A DNA stretch of 41,691 bases, taken from the NCBI RefSeq assembly GCF_001194135.2, contig NC_068987.1, positions 28,362,521 through 28,404,211 of the forward strand, read 5' to 3'. Of the stretch, positions 34,390-41,691 are shown one piece after another; position 1 is the stretch's first letter; each line of letters starts with the position of its first letter. Source of the stretch: Octopus bimaculoides (lineage: Eukaryota). The notes beneath the pieces were generated by a model. It worked only from the letters and a program-made list of their open reading frames with translations, had not been told where the DNA came from and did not search any database. The position numbers were made by a program, and so were the translations under genes.

Positions 34390-35147
34390 NNNNNNNNNNN
34401 NNNNNNNNNNNNNNNNNNNNNNNNNNNNNNNNNNNNNNNNNNNNNNNNNNNNNNNNNNNNNNNNNNNNNNNNNNNNNNNNNNNNNNNNNNNNNNNNNNNN
34501 NNNNNNNNNNNNNNNNNNNNNNNNNNNNNNNNNNNNNNNNNNNNNNNNNNNNNNNNNNNNNNNNNNNNNNNNNNNNNNNNNNNNNNNNNNNNNNNNNNNN
34601 NNNNNNNNNNNNNNNNNNNNNNNNNNNNNNNNNNNNNNNNNNNNNNNNNNNNNNNNNNNNNNNNNNNNNNNNNNNNNNNNNNNNNNNNNNNNNNNNNNNN
34701 NNNNNNNNNNNNNNNNNNNNNNNNNNNNNNNNNNNNNNNNNNNNNNNNNNNNNNNNNNNNNNNNNNNNNNNNNNNNNNTATATATATATATGCATAAATA
34801 TAAATATATAAATTTATATATGCATACATATAAATATATACATATACATATAAGTGTATGTGTATATATGCGTGTAGATGGATTTATAAAGTATGTATGT
34901 ATATGGAGACATCTAAAATTTAAATGTATTTGTGCATCTATCAATTTATGTGTTTACCTATGTGTGAGTCTGTGTATGTATAAAATGTATAAAACTGAAA
35001 CATGCATACATATGTATATCTCAATTTTATACATTTATAGGTAAATATATACATGTTCGTATGTATATATGTATCTCTATATAAATGTATATGTGTATAT
35101 CTATATAAATATTTCTGTGTATATAAATATATTTCTCTGTGTGTATG

Positions 35148-35181
<34 letters not shown>

Positions 35182-35587
35182 CGTGTGTGTGTGCGTATGT
35201 GTGAGTACATATACTGCAAGAGTTAAACTTGTATATTCCTTACTAACACTTTCATGCAACTATATATATGTGTGTGTTTGTGTGTATGTTTGTCTGTGTG
35301 TGTATATATATAAATACATATATATATATATATATACACGCACACACACACACACACTCACACACACATATATATACGGGTTTGTGGACAAACTGCACTC
35401 AACACATTTATTGGGCGTTACATGTATAGATTCAAAGCTGATTCAAAGTTGGTGGTACTCCGAGAGTTTTAACGAAAATGGTTAATTTTTCCCTGTCGGT
35501 CTATCGACTTTTTGGCTATAGTGGTGTTAGTAGTGGAGGTGGTAGTAGTTTAAACATAAACGCTTTAAGCACTTGGAGCAGCAACGA

Positions 35588-35653
<66 letters not shown>
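35588..35653. repeat. (GATA)n microsatellite
   Basis: Directly visible. Confidence 0.95.
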
Positions 35654-35654
<1 letters not shown>

Positions 35655-36425
35655 CACATGCATTGGTGACAACATAGCTGACAATTCGATACCTGTGTCA
35701 ATTCTTTGTAAATTCATTTATAATACTCTACTTAAATACACTGAGTGATCCTTGAATGTTTGTCTGTCGTTATATGTTTGTCCTCAAAATATTCATATTC
35801 ATACCATTATTTGTTATATGGATGTACTGAAGTGCTTTTTTTTTCCTATGTACTATCAAAAAAGAAAAATCTCTTAACAGATGCATGACTTTTGTAACAT
35901 CTCAAATAGTCACACATAGATACATATATAATCGTACGCAAATATCCACGTTTATTCACACACAAAAAAATAAATAAATAATATCAACAATTTTGACATA
36001 TACGTGATTTAGTCAAAAGTAAAGCAATCTCTATNNNNNNNNNNNNNNNNNNNNNNNNNNNNNNNNNNNNNNNNNNNNNNNNNNNNNNNNNNNNNNNNNN
36101 NNNNNNNNNNNNNNNNNNNNNNNNNNNNNNNNNNNNNNNNNNNNNNNNNNNNNNNNNNNNNNNNNNNNNNNNNNNNNNNNNNNNNNNNNNNNNNNNNNNN
36201 NNNNNNNNNNNNNNNNNNNNNNNNNNNNNNNNNNNNNNNNNNNNNNNNNNNNNNNNNNNNNNNNNNNNNNNNNNNNNNNNNNNTATATATATATGTGCAT
36301 ATATATGCATCAGCATGGCCGCAGCTCTAAGCTGAAACTATAAAAAAGAAAAAAATATATATATATAATGATTATTGTTGCAAATATATATATGCACGTG
36401 TATAAATATATATTGTACTATACAT

Positions 36426-36645
36426 ATATTTTCTTTTCTACTCTATGCACAAGGCCGGAAATTTTGGGGAAGGTGCCATTCGATTAGATCGACTCCAGTG
36501 CGCTACTGGTACTTAATTCATCGACCCGGGAAGGTTGAAGGGCAAAGGCAACCTTGGTGGAATTTGAACTCAGAACGTAAAGGGAGACGAAATACTGCTA
36601 AGCATTTCGCCCGGCGTACTAATGTTTCTGCTAGCTCGCCGCCTT
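36426..36645 (-). mobile_element. SINE family A, full-length monomer
   Basis: The reverse complement begins aaggcggcgagctagcagaaacattagtacgccgggcgaaatgcttagc, has B-box-like ttctgagttcaaattcc and ends gcatagagtagaaaagaaaatat. Confidence 0.92.
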
Positions 36646-37326
36646 GTTATACATGTATAATGCCAAGCTATACAATTACTTTCGATGCCTTTACGTAAGC
36701 ATATATGTGTGCCTTTTAATATCGGCGTTTGCTTGCATTCTCCCTTTTCTCTGTCAAACACATCATATGAGAATTTCCTTTCATATTCTACATCCGCGTT
36801 TCACCCTTTAATTTACAAATGTTACAACGAAATATTCTATAATAAATTCAATATATAAATATACGTAAGTGAGTGTTTTCGAAAGCGAATGGAAAAATTG
36901 TTCTCTTGTCACATAACAATAGTGGTCAAAGACATTTCATTCTTGAAAGCCGTGCTGTTATTTCGAAATTCATGCTAGATATTACATGCTACATTTTAAA
37001 TACCAGTAAAAAATATTGAAACACGTGCATCTGTTTATAAACAGATATATGTAAATATATGTCACGTATGTATGTATGAATGTATCAATATACCAATCTA
37101 TTTATCTATCTACCTATCTATATATGTGTGTGTGCGTGTGTGTGTTTGTGCGTGGGTATGTGTATAATATATATGTGTGTGTCGATAAGCCAGCTGGAGG
37201 AGATGTCCTCCTGGGGCTAAAAGCAACAGTAACATCCACCCCTAGGGGTCAGCCACACTTAAGTGGCAATATACTACACTTTATCGTGCAGTTACTGTTA
37301 ATACTTCATTTAGAGAATTAACATTG

Positions 37327-37328
<2 letters not shown>

Positions 37329-37368
<40 letters not shown>
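37329..37368. repeat. (TA)n microsatellite
   Basis: Directly visible. Confidence 0.95.
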
Positions 37369-37373
<5 letters not shown>

Positions 37374-37905
37374 GTATACATATATATACATTTATAAATA
37401 TATATATACATATATGTATGTATTACATATATATGTGTATATGCATATAGTCACAGACACAAGCATCACTATACCTCATGCGTGTTAGCTAAGCTGTTTG
37501 AACTGAGAATCAATCATGCTATACACAACCATTTAAGATACATACTGTCTTTTCTTTTACCTGAGACGTAATTATGTTTCTAGAATTTAAATTTGGGCAC
37601 ATGTCTATTCATTTGATCAACATGACGCAGTTAGGGAGATATATTTGCAATATTTTCGTTTAGATATACTCCACCAACCTAATTCAAAACACGTGCAGTA
37701 TGGTAAACAAAACTGAAATATATATTTTTGAAGAAATCTCTCTGGAGTAGTCTTTCAACTTCAATGTGTTTCCAATTCTAGTATTTAAAATTACAATCAT
37801 GAAATTAGAGCTATATAACTATAAATATTTTTCGAGCTACCAAGCATCTTTTCCTTGCCATATCTCTTAAAATACTGAAGAATACAAAGACATGCGTTAT
37901 AATAT

Positions 37906-38118
37906 ATATTGGTCTCAAATATGGCACAAAGCCAGCAATTTTAGTGTAGGGCAAAAGTGGATTAAAACGACTCAAGTACTCAACTGGTATTTATGGAACC
38001 TAACAGGATCAATGGCAAAGTCAATCTCGGCGGAATTTGAACTCAAAACGTAAAGGTAGACGATACGCCACTAAGCATTTTGTCTACCATGCTAACAATT
38101 CTGCCGGCTCTCCGCCTT
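37906..38118 (-). mobile_element. SINE family A, diverged full-length monomer
   Basis: ggcacaaagccagcaatttt...ggcaaagtcaatctcggcggaatttgaactcaaaacgtaaag...ctaagcattttg...ctgccggctctccgcctt. Confidence 0.88.
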
Positions 38119-38921
38119 TAGAATCATAATATATCTTAAACACTGCGAAAATAATGATCGTTAAATCGTGTTTTGACTTCGAATTTATGTAAACTGTTTT
38201 ATTTTTAACAGGTTCCTGTCTGAAGCCTGCTTGCGAAGGCAGTAGATTTGTGTATATGCTTTTGCTCGTCTCCACACTGCGCACATGAACCTGCCTGGCG
38301 TAATAACATAGTTGACTCATCCAATACGAATGCGTTCAAGATTTGAGAGTGTTTTGCGCAGCATTAAATATTGTTGCTCCAGCCTTATTCTGCCCTCTCT
38401 TTGTTCGGAAATATATTCTTGAAATATTTGACATGTATTTAAAGTGCATAGCTCTAATTTTCTAGTTTTATTTTTACACCCTTGTTTGTTGAGAACTTAA
38501 GTTTGTATCACCTCACAGACAGATTTTGATGAAAATTTTCGATGTTTCAGTTTTTCCGAAATGCATTGTAGGATGTATTTTAACGAAAATGGTTAGTTTT
38601 TCACTGTAGGTCTAGCGACATTGTAGATCCTCTTTCTTTTTGTTTTGGCTTTCTTTTGTGTGGTAGTGATATTAGTGGTGGAAGGGATGATAATAGTCTA
38701 AACATACAGAGACATGCTACATTTTGAACAAAATATTGAACGTAAATGAACTCATTCCATTGTCTCCCATTGAACATTAATGATGACTAGAAGCAGGATA
38801 TTTTCAGTTGGATGTCAAAAGAATCTCAATAATACATTATCATAAGCTTACATTATAATCTGCAATATTCATACATAATAGGAAACACTAAGGATACCTT
38901 ACAAGGTCAAAACAGATTTGA

Positions 38922-39326
38922 GGGAACGTTCATGATTTTATTAAGTGCTTTCATGGTTACATCTATAAAGTAAGTGTAGTGACTATAAACCATTTAGAGC
39001 CTCCAGGACAAGTAGTAGAAACAGAGTAAAGTAATCTTGGTCTAGAGACTTGGTCTGAATGTGATAGATCCAATTCCACTGAAGTCATCCAAAGTGTTTC
39101 TAGTAAAATAAGTAATGGATTTAATCTATCAACCAAGAATTATAAAGATCCTTTTGGCAAACTTTTATCGATTGAATTTCGTTCGAAAGGCATCGGTCAA
39201 CCCGAAGCTAAAGTTGAGATTACTTCCCAAATGTTCGTTCTGTTAGATGAAACGTGGAAGCAATTGTCTCGAAGTGAATTTCCTGATCATGCTAGCAACT
39301 TTGGTCTCATTCCTTCTATTGTTTGA
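38922..39326 (+). pseudogene. Unidentified coding-like relic (35 codons, one TAA, then 98 open codons)
   Basis: The frame reads GNVHDFIKCFHGYIYKVSVVTINHLEPPGQVVETE*SNLGLETWSECDRS...KDPFGKLLSIEFRSKGIGQPEAKVEITSQMFVLLDETWKQLSRSEFPDHASNFGLIPSIV*. Complex composition, no recognised family. Confidence 0.35.
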
Positions 39327-39395
39327 TTGGTACTTTATTTTATGAACTTTGCAGAATTTGAACACAGTATTTGAATATGTGAAAATGAATTAAAT

Positions 39396-39604
39396 ATTAA
39401 TTTCAAAATTTGCCAGGAATTTCGTAGGAAGTTATAAGTCGATTACATCGACCCCCAATATTCAGCTGGTACTTATTTTATCGATTCTTAAAAGATGAAA
39501 GACAAAGTCAACCACGGAGGATTTGAACTCAATTCATTAAGACGGACGAAATGCCGCTAAGTATTTTGCCCGTCGTGCTAACGGTTCTGTCATCATGCCA
39601 CCTT
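39396..39604 (-). mobile_element. SINE family A, diverged full-length monomer
   Basis: aagtcgattacatcgacccc...ctggtacttattttatcga...gatgaaagacaaagtcaacc...gacggacgaaatgccgctaagtattttgccc...gctaacggttctg...ccacctt. Confidence 0.88.
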
Positions 39605-39882
39605 AAAACCTGGTTTAAATATTGCGAAGCGTTCTTTCCGACATTCTATGCAATCTGCCACCAATCTACCGGTTTAGAATGGGAACTAATATACAAATCA
39701 ACCGCTACATTTCAATAGCATTCACAAAGCGCCAATAAATCTTTCGATTCTATTAGAAGAGGGAGTAGTATTTAAACATTGTAGGCATTTTTTTGGCTTA
39801 TTACAACAAACGATCAAACTTCGTTCAAATTATATGTAACTGCTTTTACTTTTAAAGGCACAGTCGAGAAACGGAATAATAC

Positions 39883-39935
39883 AGAGATAAGCTACGGATC
39901 AGCGTTAAGCTGTGGATCAGAGATAAGCTGTGATG
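39883..39935 (+). repeat. 18-bp degenerate tandem repeat, 3 copies
   Basis: agagataagctacggatc / agcgttaagctgtggatc / agagataagctgtgatg. Confidence 0.75.
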
Positions 39936-40389
39936 AAACAATGACAGCAAATATTAGCAGCTAGGGTTCACAAAGCGAGGATTTCATCCTAATTTATGCA
40001 TCGCTCTCAAATAGTGCCCGGTGGTACACTCGTATGCCGTATATGGTACATTGCGTGATATTAGGGTAAATTGGAAAATATTTTCAAAAAAAGTATCTCT
40101 ACTTGTGTATTTATTTCGTGAAGATTACTTCAGTTGTAGAATGTAATGAGAATTCAGATATTGGGGATGGTTTCGTGAAGAAATTGGGTAATGTAACAAC
40201 ATTTCCAATAATACAATTACACCCCACGCACACAAAAATACACACACACACACACACACACATTCGTATACATATTAATTCTTTTATTCTTTTATATGTT
40301 TCAGCCTTGAGGCTGCAGCCATACATATGTGGATGGATATAATATATGTATATATACATATACACATGCATAAATATATGTATATGTGT

Positions 40390-40440
<51 letters not shown>

Positions 40441-41092
40441 AACGTCAAATATATTCCAAATATTTATATTATTATTATATATATGTATATAAATACAAAG
40501 TATATGTGTGTGTGTGAATATATATCTATGCATACACGTATATATGTATCTATGTATGTACGTACGTATGTGTGTGTGCGAGTATGTGTGTTTATGTACA
40601 TATATATGTATGTGTGAGTATGCATGGCCTTCCCATACAGACCAACTTGCAAGTCTTTGACTGATAAATGATACCCAATGCATTATTAACAATGTTCAGA
40701 CACAATATTTGCTTAACAATAAATTTCATTATACAAGAAGAATATTGGTATTATATTTACTATATACAAATATAATATACATCGTATATGTTAGCTTAAA
40801 AGAAGATAATAATTTTAAATATTGCGACCATTGTGCAGATTCAGTGGTGTTGATATAGGCAATACACAGAACTTCAATGCACAATTTTTATATTCTAATA
40901 ATGTAAAATTAAATGAACTCAAGCGTCGTTTCCACCCAAACATTATACAGAACAAAAACATCTTTCGATTCTTAAAATGCTATACCGTTAGTGGGAAGGC
41001 GTCTCTCATCCTCTTTGTGTGTGGGTTTGTTTGCCTGTCTGTCTGTCCGTTGGTTTGTCTGTCTGGTTTCTCTTTCTCTATCGCTTATCTAG

Positions 41093-41124
<32 letters not shown>

Positions 41125-41403
41125 TATATAATATAAATAATATATAGATATATGCATATATCCATACGTATATGTACATACCTACACCTATATGTATAAA
41201 TACATGCATATATGGGTACAGGACATCAAAAAAAAGAAAGAAAAAACGTTAAAACCCAATAAGAAACGAAACCATAAAAACAAAAACAGAAAACGAACTT
41301 TTTTCGAACAACGAAAAAAAACAAACAGAGAAACGAGACATGCAACATAACCTATATTTGTGTACATACATATTTGTGAGTATATATATACTCTTTATTA
41401 TTA

Positions 41404-41614
41404 TTTTTTACTTGTTTCAGTCATTTGACTGCGGCCATGATGGAGCACCGCCTTTAGTCGAGCAAATAGACCCCGGGACTTATTCTTTGTATGCATAGTA
41501 CTTATTCTATGGGTCACTTTTTGCCGAACCGCTATGTGACGGCGACATAAACACACCAGCATCGGTTGTCAAGCAATGCTTGGAGGACAAGCACAGACAC
41601 ACAAACACACACAC
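41404..41614 (-). mobile_element. SINE family B, 3' half
   Basis: cttgtttcagtcatttgactgcggccatgatggagcaccgcctttagtcgagc...gccgaaccgct...aaacacaccagcatcggttgtcaagc...ggacaagcacagacac. Confidence 0.93.
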
Positions 41615-41615
41615 A

Positions 41616-41650
<35 letters not shown>

Positions 41651-41691
41651 GTGTGTGTGTTTGTGTGTCTGTGCTTGTCCTCCAAGCATTG
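41574..41691. repeat. Perfect palindrome: 41-bp arms around an (AT)n centre, running to the window end
   Basis: 41651-41691 is the exact reverse complement of 41574-41614. Confidence 0.95.

Noticed and set aside
6183-36316. Long ORFs full of X
   Set aside because: They span N-gaps, so the absence of stops is an artefact.
36590-36645. tRNA-like A/B boxes in SINE heads (also at 12830-12891 and 26785-26870)
   Set aside because: They are embedded in multi-copy SINE bodies and do not fold as complete cloverleaves, so they are not tRNA genes.
1464-41689. Dozens of ORFs rich in YI, HT, VC, LS, YLPT or IYLS repeats
   Set aside because: They are translations of (TA)n, (CA)n, (CT)n, (TAGG)n and (GATA)n microsatellites, open on several frames and strands at once.

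Overview
Eukaryotic, AT-rich, repeat-dominated scaffold segment with 12 N-gaps (about 3.9 kb in total, most abutting (TA)n tracts). The microsatellite density and SINE families look like Octopus/coleoid cephalopod DNA; this is my recognition, not a database result. No intact protein-coding gene can be supported, and almost all ORFs in the track are microsatellite or N-gap translations. Well-supported features are: a full-length dead mariner (DD34D, 11452-12725) inserted at a TA inside a SINE; a full-length dead Tc1 (DD34E, 30646-32238) with long IR/DR-type terminal repeats; many copies of two tRNA-derived SINE families (called A and B here), including a dimer; and a third old repeat family (C). 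The most interesting signal is a Penelope-like terminal repeat folded into a 70-bp-arm palindrome (25404-25590). It carries a minimal type I hammerhead ribozyme with a palindromic stem III, which implies dimer-dependent cleavage. A second, decayed hammerhead-like motif lies at about 3.6 kb. Also noted are a Helitron-like 3' terminus, two fold-back inversions, two small hairpin islands, an unidentified coding relic at 38.9-39.3 kb and several weak candidate exons.
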